Of a DNA stretch of 64,000 nt, positions 1 through 8,680 are shown one piece after another. Source of the stretch: an uncultured Gemmatimonadales bacterium (GTDB taxonomy: Bacteria; Gemmatimonadota; Gemmatimonadetes; Gemmatimonadales; GWC2-71-9). The notes beneath the pieces are model-generated. The model saw nothing but the letters and a program-made list of their open reading frames with translations, ran no database searches and was not told the DNA's origin. The DNA lies in assembly GCA_963825065.1 (NCBI GenBank), contig CAWGRU010000011.1, positions 24,666-88,665 on the forward strand. Reading direction: 5' to 3'. The position numbers and the translations under genes are program-made. The stretch's first letter is position 1. Each line of letters opens with the position of its first letter.

Positions 1-1
1 C

Positions 2-448
2 TCCGGCAGCCATCTCGTGATTCCGACCAGCTACGTCCCCACTGCGGTGGAGCCCGCTTCGCCGTCCGTCGCGGTTGGGCCGCGCACGGTCCGCGGCGGT
101 TCGACCACGATCCGCTACAGGGTCAGGAGCGGCGAATCGCTCTCCGCAATCGCCGGCAGGTACGGGACTTCGGTCGACCGACTGCGCACCCTCAACGCCC
201 TCAGGCGGAACGACGTGCTCCGGGCCGGACAGGTGATCCGCGTGCCCGCACCCACCGCGCCGGCCCCGGATGCCGGCAGGTCTGCCACTTCCCAGGTCGA
301 CGCCAGGAGACACCTGGTGCGTCGGGGAGATACCCTCTCCGCCATCGCGACCAAGTACGGCGTTTCCCTCGAAGCGCTGCGGACCGCCAACGGACTGACC
401 ACCAGGTCAGTACTCAAGGCCGGCACCCGCCTGGCGATTCCCGAGTAA
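2..448 (+). CDS. LysM peptidoglycan-binding protein, C-terminal part (5' end outside the window)
   Basis: The frame is open to the window edge. Two LysM repeats are present (YRVRSGESLSAIAGRYGTSVDRLRTLN and HLVRRGDTLSAIATKYGVSLEALRTAN). TAA stop at 446-448. Confidence 0.8.
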   Translation, partial: SGSHLVIPTSYVPTAVEPASPSVAVGPRTVRGGSTTIRYRVRSGESLSAIAGRYGTSVDRLRTLNALRRNDVLRAGQVIRVPAPTAPAPDAGRSATSQVDARRHLVRRGDTLSAIATKYGVSLEALRTANGLTTRSVLKAGTRLAIPE

Positions 449-470
449 CCGTCGGCGGCGGGGCACATGC

Positions 471-506
471 GACGGCGGGCCGGGTCGAATGACCCGGCCC
501 GCCGTC
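471..506. terminator. Bidirectional stem-loop between convergent genes
   Basis: Perfect 16-bp stem gacggcgggccgggtc / gacccggcccgccgtc with a 4-nt loop (gaat), followed by tcttctc. It lies between the LysM stop (448) and the transglycosylase stop (533). Confidence 0.65.
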
Positions 507-532
507 TCTTCTCCCACCACTGTTACCTCGAA

Positions 533-1240
533 TCAGCGACTGGCGCTGCTGTCGTGCGACGTGCCCTTGAGCACCGATTCCGCATATCCGTTGGAGGGGT
601 CGCCACCCTGAAGCAGAATCTCCTCCACTCGTCCCGGGCCGCGATTGTACGCGACCAGCGCCAGCTCCATGTCACCGCCGTAGCGGCGCATCAGGTCTTT
701 CAGGAATCGAAAGCCGAGTCGGAGATTGACGTCCCGCTCATACAGCTGCTCCTCGGCCAGCCCCGGCTCATAGAATCGGGCAGTGGCCGCCTGGATCTGG
801 GTGTAGCCGAACGCGCCCTTGTCGGACAGCGCCCGGGGCCGGAAGTTACTCTCGACCTTCACCAGCCGGAACGCCACGTCAGCATCAATCCCCTCGCTCA
901 GGGCGACGTCATAAATGGCGGCGGCGAGGTCTGCCGGGATCTGATAGATCCCCGAGTAACGAATAACAGCATTGGCCCGCTCCACCTGCGCCCGGGCAAT
1001 CGCCAACTCGCCACGGGTCGACTCCAGCCTCCGGCTCAATGCGCGCACCTCGTCTGCCACCATGCCGAGACTCGGCGGTGGAGCGCCTTCCGCGGCCCGC
1101 GCTCCCGAGCTGGATCCGGCCAGGGCGCTCAGTGTCAGCACCGCGGCCAGCAGCGCTGCCCCTCGTGCGAGGAGCCGGCGCGTCCAGCGGGTACGGCCGT
1201 AGGGATCAGGTTCTTCGATGTGCATGCGTCCTCCTATCAT
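533..1240 (-). CDS. Lytic murein transglycosylase (SLT domain), secreted
   Basis: N-terminal signal-like segment LLAAVLTLSALAG. SLT core VKVESNFRPRALSDKGAFGYTQIQ ... LALVAYNRGPGRV. The start could instead be the internal Met at 1225. Confidence 0.75.
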   Translation of the reverse strand: MIGGRMHIEEPDPYGRTRWTRRLLARGAALLAAVLTLSALAGSSSGARAAEGAPPPSLGMVADEVRALSRRLESTRGELAIARAQVERANAVIRYSGIYQIPADLAAAIYDVALSEGIDADVAFRLVKVESNFRPRALSDKGAFGYTQIQAATARFYEPGLAEEQLYERDVNLRLGFRFLKDLMRRYGGDMELALVAYNRGPGRVEEILLQGGDPSNGYAESVLKGTSHDSSASR

Positions 1241-1282
1241 CGGGTCCGAATGGCGTGGTCCAGCCCGGCACCTGCGCCGGTC

Positions 1283-1762
1283 CTACCGCTCCTCCAGCCG
1301 CCAATCGCCCCTGGTACCACCGGTCTTTTCCAGCAACCGGATGCCTTCGACAACCATGCTTCGATCCACCGCCTTCACCATGTCGTAGACGGTGAGGCAC
1401 GCGACAGCGACCGCTGTCAACGCTTCCATTTCCACCCCGGTGCGTCCGGTTGCCACGGCGGTCGCGGTCACCCTGACACCGGGCAGAACAGGATCCGCGG
1501 CGCACTCGACTCGAATCGCATCGAGCGGCAGCGGATGACACAGCGGGATCAGCTCGCCGGTGCGCTTCCCCCCCATCGTGCCCGCGACCTCGGCGATGCG
1601 CAGCACGTCGCCCTTGGCGATCGCGTTCTCCCGCACCAGGGCGAATGCCTCGGCACTCATGCGGACCCTGCCCTCGGCTACCGCGGTGCGCCGACTGACG
1701 GGCTTGTCGGTCACGTCCACCATGCGCGCTCGACCGCTTTCATCCACGTGACTCAGGCTCAC
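1283..1762 (-). CDS. moaC: Cyclic pyranopterin monophosphate synthase MoaC
   Basis: 159 aa. Typical MoaC sequence: [18 protein letters not shown] ... [32 protein letters not shown]. The start overlaps the holB stop (ATGA). Confidence 0.9.
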   Translation of the reverse strand: MSLSHVDESGRARMVDVTDKPVSRRTAVAEGRVRMSAEAFALVRENAIAKGDVLRIAEVAGTMGGKRTGELIPLCHPLPLDAIRVECAADPVLPGVRVTATAVATGRTGVEMEALTAVAVACLTVYDMVKAVDRSMVVEGIRLLEKTGGTRGDWRLEER

Positions 1763-2907
1763 AGCACCTCCGCCAGATCATCCGCCAGTGCTGCCAGCAG
1801 CAACTGCGGATTCACGTTGCCCTGGGCGGCCTCGCGTGCCGCCGCGACCCGCTGTTGGGCGATCACGAGTGCAGGAACCGAACTCCTCCGCGAGAGCCCC
1901 TCGGGCAGCGGGCACCTCGGCTCCAGCCCGCTCGCGCCTCGCGCGGCCTCCGCCAATGTGTCGGCGAGCGCGTCCAGCATCGCAGTAAAGTCGCCTCGGG
2001 CTGACCATGGTCCCTGCCTCAGCGCCCGTTCTGCTCTGCTCTCCGGACCCCCCATGACCGCCTTCACCAGCTCTTCAGCGGCCCTGGTTGCCTTGGCGTG
2101 GTCATCCCCCAAGGCCAGCGCACGCCCGATCGATCCTCCGGCGAGTATTACCCGGTTCCGCAATTCGGCGCCAGCTAGTCCCGCCTGCGCTGCGAGAAAC
2201 CCCTCCACCTCTGCGTCGGTCAGGCGGCTCAAACGCAGCGGGACCAGGCGCGACCGGACCGTCGGCAGGAGCCGATTCGCATCAACAGTCGTCAAGAGGA
2301 ACTGGCTGTCGGCCGGCGGTTCCTCCAGCAACTTGAGCAGTGCGTTCGCCGCTTCCGGACTCGACTCCTGCGGAACCAATCGCTCGGCCTCCGCGACGAG
2401 GAACACCTTCCGGTGGCCCGCTGCCGGGGTCAGGGCGGCCCGACGCTGGAGCAGCCGGGCGGTCGCCACAAAATGCCCAGCGAGCCCTTCCTGCGGCTGG
2501 TAGAGCGGATTCTGACGTCGATCCGCGAGTACCTCCCCGATCGCCTCGGCCAGCTCCTCGACCTGCCTGTCCGGTTCGGATGCCTTGGGCCGCAGGACCG
2601 GCATGAACCAGTGCACATCCGGATGTCCCAAGCCCAGCACCTGCAGGCAGGGGCGACAGATCCCGCAGGGTCGGTCCACCTGACCCTCGCATACCAGTGC
2701 CTGGGCAATCCACAACGCGAACCGCTGCTTCCCGATTCCCTGGGGGCCAGTGATCAGGATCATCTGTGGTAGGCGGTCCTCCCTGAGGGCCCGCAGTACC
2801 CGATCCCGCTCCGTATGGTGTCCAACCAGGGGGTGCAATGGCATGTTGGGAAGGTAAGAGCGGGGGAGTTGTGCGGTAGTCGCGGTGTTTGTAAAAGCAT
2901 TTTCCAC
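1759..2907 (-). CDS. holB: DNA polymerase III delta' subunit
   Basis: P-loop-like [11 protein letters not shown], zinc module [10 protein letters not shown], and LLKLLEEPP plus TVRSR motifs. Start uncertain: GTG at 2907 or ATG at 2844. Confidence 0.8.
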   Translation of the reverse strand: MENAFTNTATTAQLPRSYLPNMPLHPLVGHHTERDRVLRALREDRLPQMILITGPQGIGKQRFALWIAQALVCEGQVDRPCGICRPCLQVLGLGHPDVHWFMPVLRPKASEPDRQVEELAEAIGEVLADRRQNPLYQPQEGLAGHFVATARLLQRRAALTPAAGHRKVFLVAEAERLVPQESSPEAANALLKLLEEPPADSQFLLTTVDANRLLPTVRSRLVPLRLSRLTDAEVEGFLAAQAGLAGAELRNRVILAGGSIGRALALGDDHAKATRAAEELVKAVMGGPESRAERALRQGPWSARGDFTAMLDALADTLAEAARGASGLEPRCPLPEGLSRRSSVPALVIAQQRVAAAREAAQGNVNPQLLLAALADDLAEVL

Positions 2908-3214
2908 AAAGACTTAGGTGTCAATGTGGCATCAAGAAGACAGCCAAATGACGGGCATTGCGGTTGATAGTACGTTGGTGAGCGCTCGCTCTCATTGGTA
3001 TTACGTGAGCAATCGCTCGCATGGCCCGGAACGTCATTACTGCCAATGCATTGAACGGCTAGAAAGTGATCATGGGTGACGGCGCAGGAATGGCTGACGA
3101 GTGGCTCGCCAAGCTGGATTTCGGTCGATTCGGCGCGAAAACCAGGCTTGACTGTTGCTATATTGCGCCAATGATGTCTTTTTGTTGGCGTTATCGAGGC
3201 GGCCCGATCTGCGC

Positions 3215-3243
3215 TTGATCTATCTCACCTTTGTTTGTATCCT
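3215..3243 (+). promoter_or_regulatory. Sigma70-type promoter for tRNA-Asn
   Basis: TTGATC (3215-3220), a 17-nt spacer, then TATCCT (3238-3243). The mature tRNA 5' end is 9 nt after the -10 element, and the site sits in an AT-richer intergenic region. Confidence 0.5.
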
Positions 3244-3252
3244 CTCGCGCCT

Positions 3253-3325
3253 TCCCGAGTAGCTCAGTTGGTAGAGCAGCTGACTGTTAATCAGCGGGTC
3301 GCAGGTTCGAGTCCTGCCTCGGGAG
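3253..3325 (+). tRNA. tRNA-Asn (anticodon GTT)
   Basis: Perfect cloverleaf folded by hand: acceptor TCCCGAG/CTCGGGA, D-arm GCTC-AGTTGGTA-GAGC, anticodon arm GCTGA-CTGTTAA-TCAGC (GTT at 3286-3288), T-arm GCAGG-TTCGAGT-CCTGC, discriminator G. CCA is not encoded. Confidence 0.95.
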
Positions 3326-4111
3326 CTGACCGCTTCTTCCTGACGAGCCGCCCCTGAGGGACGGCTCGTGTGCTTTCGTGGACTCGCGGGCTGCCGCGTG
3401 CGCTCGCAGCACCGCGCGCCGAGTCCGCTCCGGCAGCTTCTCGACGGCGTAATTGAGTGCCTCTCGGTTGATCATCCAATACCTGTCTCCCAGGAAGCCC
3501 AGGACGGCGTCGTGATCCGCCAGCGACAGTTCGCGCAGCACCCAGCCCATCCCCAGTTGCGTGAAACGGTGCGAGGTACGGACCAGATTTCCGCAGATTC
3601 TCAGGATATCGCGGTCATGCCGTCCGTGCCGCGCCTCGGTGACAAAGGCGACCGCGGCGGCGCGCTGGCGCCAGGGATTCGCCGCCTGGCTCCACGCCAC
3701 TAGCCGCTCGACGATCCGCGGTTCGCGTCTCAGCAGAGGACGAAGGACGCGAGCCGAGATAGCGTCACAGGTTCCCCAGTCGCGCACGACCTCATCGAAG
3801 ACCGGTTCCAGGGAGTGCAGCACAGTCGTTGGGAGCACCCTTCGGGCGCGCCAGAGGAGGTCCACACCGACCTGGCGCTCCTCCATGAATGGAGAACGGA
3901 GCATCAGGCAGGCCTCCCGGATGATCTCCGTGGGCGGACGGGTCCGGAGCGAGGGCCATACGGCTCCTGATACGGCGCGCAATCCGGCGGTCTTCACGCC
4001 GATGAAGCGGACAACATACTTGAAGAACCGTTCTGCCCCGGCCCGGACCGGCGGGTCGGCGCGCTCACGAAGGCGCCGCCGCACCTCGGCGTGCAGTCGG
4101 GTGGGCTTCAT
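3287..4111 (-). CDS. DNA alkylation repair protein (AlkD-like HEAT-repeat family)
   Basis: Start chosen at MKPTRLHAEVRR, where the ATG overlaps the stop of the upstream fpg/nei gene (ATGA at 4108-4111). Helical-repeat sequence with a GMGWVLRELS-type motif. No stop occurs in any minus-strand frame before the tRNA, so the last 39 nt run antisense into tRNA-Asn. Confidence 0.55.
   Translation of the reverse strand: MKPTRLHAEVRRRLRERADPPVRAGAERFFKYVVRFIGVKTAGLRAVSGAVWPSLRTRPPTEIIREACLMLRSPFMEERQVGVDLLWRARRVLPTTVLHSLEPVFDEVVRDWGTCDAISARVLRPLLRREPRIVERLVAWSQAANPWRQRAAAVAFVTEARHGRHDRDILRICGNLVRTSHRFTQLGMGWVLRELSLADHDAVLGFLGDRYWMINREALNYAVEKLPERTRRAVLRAHAAARESTKAHEPSLRGGSSGRSGQLPRQDSNLRPAD
3343..3378 (+). 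terminator. Stem-loop downstream of tRNA-Asn
   Basis: 8-bp stem acgagccg/cggctcgt, extended by ccc/ggg inner pairs, followed by gtgctttcg. It lies inside the 3' tail of the antisense alkD-like ORF. Confidence 0.45.
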
Positions 4112-5007
4112 CTCTGCAGGCGTTCCTCGAGTTCCTCGAGACTCCGGGGCCAATCGTCGCGCAGCAGCCGGCTCAACGCGCGATCGGCGAGCAGGCGGCC
4201 ACCCGTCTGGCAGATGGGGCAGTAGTTGGTCTCGTTGTCGGCATACCGAATACGTTGGACCGGTGAACCGCACTCGGGGCAGGGCTGCCGAAAACGTCCA
4301 TGCACCGTCATCCCCTCGCGGAATGCTGTCACCTTCTCGGGGAATCGCTCACCGGTCTGCTCGATCAACCGTCGGGTCCAGCTCGCAAGAATCTCGCGAC
4401 AGGCGGCATGGAGCTTTGCCATCTCGGTGTCGTCGAGCCTGCTGGTCAACTGAAGAGGAGAGAGCCGGGCACGGTGGAGGATTTCGTCCGAGTACGCGTT
4501 GCCAATCCCGTCCAGGATTCTGGGGTCGGTCAGCGCTCGCTTGAGTGTGTGGTTCTCGCGCCGCAGAGCGGCCGCGAATTCGGCCGGAGAGGCGAGTTCT
4601 ACGTCGAGACCCCCGCGATCAAACTGGGCGAGGCTTGTTCTCCCCACGACCAGATGAAGCGATGCTCTGCGCCTGGTCCCGGCCTCGGTGAGTGCCAGCG
4701 TGCCGGTGCTGAACTGGAAGGCGGCCAGGGCAACTCTTCCCGGGGCCTTGGCGCTCCCGGGGTACCAACGAAACCGACCGGCGATCATCAGGTGGATGAC
4801 CAGGAAGTATTCACCCTCCAGGCCGATGACGATCCTCTTTCCGATCCTCTCCAGTTCTACGACCTCGCGGCCTTCGGCCTCTGCCAGGGGAGGGGCGACA
4901 GTTCGGAGCAGAAAGGGGCTTGCCAGGCCGATCCTTTCCAGCCGGGCTCCCCGCAGACGAGGTGAGAGTGCGGTGAGGTAAAGGGTGATGTCGGGCAATT
5001 CGGGCAT
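4108..5007 (-). CDS. Fpg/Nei family DNA glycosylase / AP lyase
   Basis: N-terminal MPELPD catalytic-Pro signature. C-terminal zinc finger CPECGSPVQRIRYADNETNYCPICQ. Confidence 0.85.
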   Translation of the reverse strand: MPELPDITLYLTALSPRLRGARLERIGLASPFLLRTVAPPLAEAEGREVVELERIGKRIVIGLEGEYFLVIHLMIAGRFRWYPGSAKAPGRVALAAFQFSTGTLALTEAGTRRRASLHLVVGRTSLAQFDRGGLDVELASPAEFAAALRRENHTLKRALTDPRILDGIGNAYSDEILHRARLSPLQLTSRLDDTEMAKLHAACREILASWTRRLIEQTGERFPEKVTAFREGMTVHGRFRQPCPECGSPVQRIRYADNETNYCPICQTGGRLLADRALSRLLRDDWPRSLEELEERLQR

Positions 5008-5080
5008 CCGCGGTGTCCTCCCTCACCCCAAGCTACGGAGTGGTCGACCCTAGCGCGACCAGTCACGCGGGCGCATCTTT

Positions 5081-6226
5081 ATGCCCTCGCTTGACTTGTG
5101 CACCGGAGTCCCGATGTCGTCGATGAAGCCGATCGTTCCCGAAACCAGCAACGTTCACGTCACCCGCTTCGAGCCGCTCGAAGCGCCTCGCGAGCTCCTG
5201 GCCGCGCTGCCGATAACGCGGCGGGTGGCGACGACGGTCCTGGAGGGGCGGCATGCTGTGCGCCGCATCCTGGCCGGAGACGACCCGCGCCTGCTGGTGG
5301 TCGTGGGGCCCTGTTCCATCCACGACCCGCTCGCCGCCCTCGAGTACGCCCGTCGGCTCGCAGGCCTCCGCGACGCCGTCGCCGACACGCTCTGCCTGGT
5401 GATGCGGGTGTACTTCGAGAAGCCGCGTACTACGGTGGGCTGGAAGGGGCTGATCAACGATCCCCACCTCGATGGTACGCGCGACATGATGCTGGGGCTG
5501 CGGATCGCCCGCCGGCTGCTGCTCGACGTGAACGAGCTGGGGCTGCCGGCGGCCACCGAACTACTCGGTCCGGTCGTGCCGCAGTACATCGCGGACCTGG
5601 TCTCCTGGACCGCTATTGGTGCTCGCACCGCGGAGTCGCAGACCCATCGCGAGATGGCAAGCGGCCTCTCCATGCCCGTCGGATTCAAGAACACCACCGA
5701 CGGCAATCTGCAGGTGGCCCTCGACGCGATGCAGGCGGCCGGAACCCCGCACACCTTCCTCGGCATGGACGACGACGGGCGGGGCGCCATCGTGCATACA
5801 ACGGGCAATCCGGAGCGGCACCTGGTGCTGCGCGGCGGCGGGGGCCGGACCAACTACGACGCCGCCTCGGTGGCCGAGGCGGCTGCATTGTGCCGGAGCC
5901 GGGACCTGCCGTCACGGGTGATGGTCGATTGCAGCCATGGCAACTCGAACAAGGATCACACGCGGCAACGACTGGTCTTCAGCGATCTGCTCGCTCAGAT
6001 GTCGGCCGGGAGTCCGCACATCATGGGGGCGATGATCGAGAGCCACCTGCGTGGCGGAAACCAGAAACTCGGACAGGGCGCAGCCGGCCTCGCCTACGGC
6101 GTATCCATCACCGACGCCTGCCTGGACTGGGAGAGCACGGAGCAGCTGCTGGTCGAGGGCGATGCGATGCTGCGCCGGGCGGGCCGCGGGAGCTCCTCCC
6201 CGGCACGGCGGGCGACCGCCTCGTAG
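5081..6226 (+). CDS. 3-deoxy-7-phosphoheptulonate (DAHP) synthase, class I
   Basis: Motifs LLVVVGPCSIHD, KPRTTVGWKGLINDP and VDCSHGNS. Alternative in-frame starts at 5114 and 5123. Confidence 0.85.
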   Translation: MPSLDLCTGVPMSSMKPIVPETSNVHVTRFEPLEAPRELLAALPITRRVATTVLEGRHAVRRILAGDDPRLLVVVGPCSIHDPLAALEYARRLAGLRDAVADTLCLVMRVYFEKPRTTVGWKGLINDPHLDGTRDMMLGLRIARRLLLDVNELGLPAATELLGPVVPQYIADLVSWTAIGARTAESQTHREMASGLSMPVGFKNTTDGNLQVALDAMQAAGTPHTFLGMDDDGRGAIVHTTGNPERHLVLRGGGGRTNYDAASVAEAAALCRSRDLPSRVMVDCSHGNSNKDHTRQRLVFSDLLAQMSAGSPHIMGAMIESHLRGGNQKLGQGAAGLAYGVSITDACLDWESTEQLLVEGDAMLRRAGRGSSSPARRATAS

Positions 6227-6257
6227 CCCGAAGCCGTCCTCAGGCCGGATGACGAGA

Positions 6258-6281
6258 GGGCGGATCCACCCGGATCCGCCC
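6258..6281. terminator. Stem-loop between convergent genes
   Basis: Perfect 10-bp stem gggcggatcc/ggatccgccc with loop accc, followed by ctcggtcgtttcgg. It lies between the DAHP synthase stop and the PhoX-like stop. Confidence 0.6.
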
Positions 6282-6301
6282 CTCGGTCGTTTCGGGGGGG
6301 G

Positions 6302-7732
6302 TCAGCTGCCGCGGATCCGGGTGAGGAGCAGCTGTCCGCTCTCCTTCGGAATGTTCGCGCCGGCGGACGGAAGGGTGTGCGCCTGCACATCGAAGAGCCA
6401 GGCGCCCTGTCCGAGCCACTCCGACGCGTCGACGATCCCACTGGACTCCCAGCAGGTGCCCACGGCGTCATCGCAGGTCGGGTTGGCCAGCTCGATGATC
6501 GCGCGACCCTCGCTGATGCGGCCCTTGCCGGTGTAGCGGAACTGCCAGATCTGCGGGGCGCGCTGGCCCGCGAAGGTGGTGTTGGCGGGATCTTCCTGGA
6601 CCATCAGGCTGCGCTGACCGGCGGCGACGTTGTCCGGCGATGACCAACCGCTGGCGGCACCCTGCGAGCGGGCGAGCAATGTGAGCTCCGCGACTCCGGC
6701 GGGATTGCGCGGGTCGAGCTCGATCCGGTAGATCGATCCGAAGGCGTCGCAGGGCGTGCCGCCGCACAGCGTGGACTGGCTGCCCGTGTCCACGAAGTAG
6801 AGTGCCGGGCGCGCACCGGGGCGGTGGTCGTAGTCGCTGTCCTCGAGGCGAACGAACGGGAATGCGCCGAGTGCGTTCACGGTGCTCTGCAGGGCGCCAG
6901 ACGACAGCTGCGATGGATTGGGCACCTCCGCCCAACGGCCGCGGATGACCTGGCCCGCGTTCAGGTAACCCGCATGCGCCGCCTGGCTGCTGGTGAAGAC
7001 GTAGAGCTTCCCGGTGCCGTTGATGACGTCGGTCTCGGTGGTGCCGACGTACATGTAGAGCTCGGAGGCGCTGTTGCTGTCATCGGTGCCGATCACGACC
7101 ACCTTCCCCTTGTAGGGGACGCCGGTGGCGTTTTCATGGGCGAAGCGGCCCATCCAGGGCAGCTCGTGCACCACACCGTCGCTGCCGATGGCCAGCTGGA
7201 TGCCGTCGTGAACGCCGCCCAGCGACTCTTCGCCGGTGAGAAAATAGCCGCTGGGGAAGCCCTCCCGCGCCCCCACCCAGGTCGCGGAGCAGAGACGGAG
7301 GTACTGCTCGCTGCCGTCCACGACGTAGCTCGCATCCTTCACGGCCAGCGTCCTGCCATCCAACACCAGACGGGAGACCCGGGCATAGGCGAACTGGGTG
7401 ACGCCGTTGACGTCCTTCACGCCGCTGTTGCTCAACTCGTGATTGGCATGAAGGATGAGGTCCGAGCCAGAAGGATGCAGCCCCAGCCCGTCGGGGATGG
7501 GTGCCCAGACGCTGCCGTCGGGGAGGGTGTCACCGACGGTGAGGAGGGGAAGTACTTCGCCCTGCACTCCGGGAAGCAGCCTGGCCTGACTGGGCTGGGA
7601 GGTGGTGACGCTCGCGAGCGGGCGCGTGGCGGCGGCCGGGAGGCCCGCCGGCGTCTCCAGAGGGCGATCGCAGGCGGCGAGGGCCAGCGTGGCGCCGGCG
7701 GCGAGAAGGGTACTGGGAATGATCCGCGACAT
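6302..7732 (-). CDS. Secreted PhoX-like / DUF839 family protein (putative phosphatase), lipoprotein
   Basis: Lipobox MSRIIPSTLLAAGATLALAAC. PhoX-family-like blocks HANHEL, LTGEES and GRFAHENA. Start set at the Met preceding the signal peptide. Confidence 0.55.
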   Translation of the reverse strand: MSRIIPSTLLAAGATLALAACDRPLETPAGLPAAATRPLASVTTSQPSQARLLPGVQGEVLPLLTVGDTLPDGSVWAPIPDGLGLHPSGSDLILHANHELSNSGVKDVNGVTQFAYARVSRLVLDGRTLAVKDASYVVDGSEQYLRLCSATWVGAREGFPSGYFLTGEESLGGVHDGIQLAIGSDGVVHELPWMGRFAHENATGVPYKGKVVVIGTDDSNSASELYMYVGTTETDVINGTGKLYVFTSSQAAHAGYLNAGQVIRGRWAEVPNPSQLSSGALQSTVNALGAFPFVRLEDSDYDHRPGARPALYFVDTGSQSTLCGGTPCDAFGSIYRIELDPRNPAGVAELTLLARSQGAASGWSSPDNVAAGQRSLMVQEDPANTTFAGQRAPQIWQFRYTGKGRISEGRAIIELANPTCDDAVGTCWESSGIVDASEWLGQGAWLFDVQAHTLPSAGANIPKESGQLLLTRIRGS

Positions 7733-7822
7733 GGGTTCCCCTGGTGAGGTTGTGGGACGATCGGACTCAAGTGCGCGGGTCCGAACCTCTCCAACCGCTG
7801 TCACCCTCAGGCCTGCGGCGGG

Positions 7823-8680
7823 TCAAGAACGGGTAAACGTTTTTCGCGGAAGCTCGGGGAGGAGGCTGCCGGCGATGATCAGCGCGCCGCCCAGCCACTG
7901 CAGAGCGGACAGGCGATCCCCGGTGATGAAGAAGCTGGTGACCGACGCGACGACCGGCTCAAGGGTGTAGACGAGCGCGGCGTAGGTCGCGGAGAGCACG
8001 CGCTGGGCGGCGAGCTGCAGCCGGATGGCGACGACGCTTGCGAGGATCGCCTCGTAGGCGACCATGCCGATGAGGAGCGGCGTGGGGGCGAGGCGGGGAG
8101 TTTCGAGCAGCGGTGTGGCGAGCGTGGTGAGCAGTGCGGCGATCGCGATCTGGGTCATCATGAGGCGCGACAGATCGAACCGCCGGGCGAAGGCTCCGGT
8201 GGCGACCATGTGGGCCGCGAAGCAGAACGCGCACAGCAGGGTGAGCAGGTCACCCCAGTTGAATCCGCCACCGAGATCCGCCGGCCGGGTGAGCAGGACC
8301 ATGCCCGCGAGCGCGACGGCCAGACCCAACGCGGCGATCCGCTCCGGCAGGGTGCGGTAGACCAGGAGCACGATCAGCGGGACGAAGGGAATGTAGAGGG
8401 CGGTGATGAACCCGGAACGGCTGGCGGTGGTCCACTGCAGGCCGATCGTCTGGGTGGCGAACCCCATGGCGAGCAGGCCGCCGAGTACTGCGCCGGCGCG
8501 CCACTCCTCCCGGGTCGCGTGGCGCAGCGACGGGGCGAGAAGCAGGGTGGCGAGGAGGAAACGCACCGAGGTGAACGCCATCGGTGAGGCGTCGCGGAGC
8601 GCCAGCTTGGCGAGCGGAAAGGCCGAGCCCCAGATGAGGCAAGTGGCCCAGAGGGAGAGGATCGCGCGGCGACGGGTCAT
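7823..8680 (-). CDS. EamA/DMT family transporter
   Basis: [28 protein letters not shown] begins a polytopic hydrophobic protein of two EamA-type halves. The ATG overlaps the uvrA stop (ATGA at 8677-8680). In the track it is fused to the 1240-aa read-through ORF. Confidence 0.8.
   Translation of the reverse strand: MTRRRAILSLWATCLIWGSAFPLAKLALRDASPMAFTSVRFLLATLLLAPSLRHATREEWRAGAVLGGLLAMGFATQTIGLQWTTASRSGFITALYIPFVPLIVLLVYRTLPERIAALGLAVALAGMVLLTRPADLGGGFNWGDLLTLLCAFCFAAHMVATGAFARRFDLSRLMMTQIAIAALLTTLATPLLETPRLAPTPLLIGMVAYEAILASVVAIRLQLAAQRVLSATYAALVYTLEPVVASVTSFFITGDRLSALQWLGGALIIAGSLLPELPRKTFTRS

Noticed and set aside
467-2503. A 678-aa plus-strand ORF overlapping the transglycosylase, moaC and holB genes.
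   Set aside because: It is antisense or alternative-frame to three genes with clear family motifs. The translation is low-complexity (R/A/G/P/S-rich) with no recognisable motif, which is the typical GC-rich shadow ORF.
3072-3218. A 48-codon ORF (MGDGAGMADEWLAKLDFGRF...) in the holB/tRNA-Asn intergenic region.
   Set aside because: Its codon usage is unlike the strongly GC3-biased genes of this window. It has no RBS, and its 3' end overlaps the predicted tRNA promoter -35 element. It is probably non-coding.
5098-6252. A 384-aa ORF in an alternative frame of the DAHP synthase gene.
   Set aside because: It is an Arg/Gly/Ala/Pro-rich shadow frame. The frame starting at 5081 carries all of the DAHP synthase motifs.
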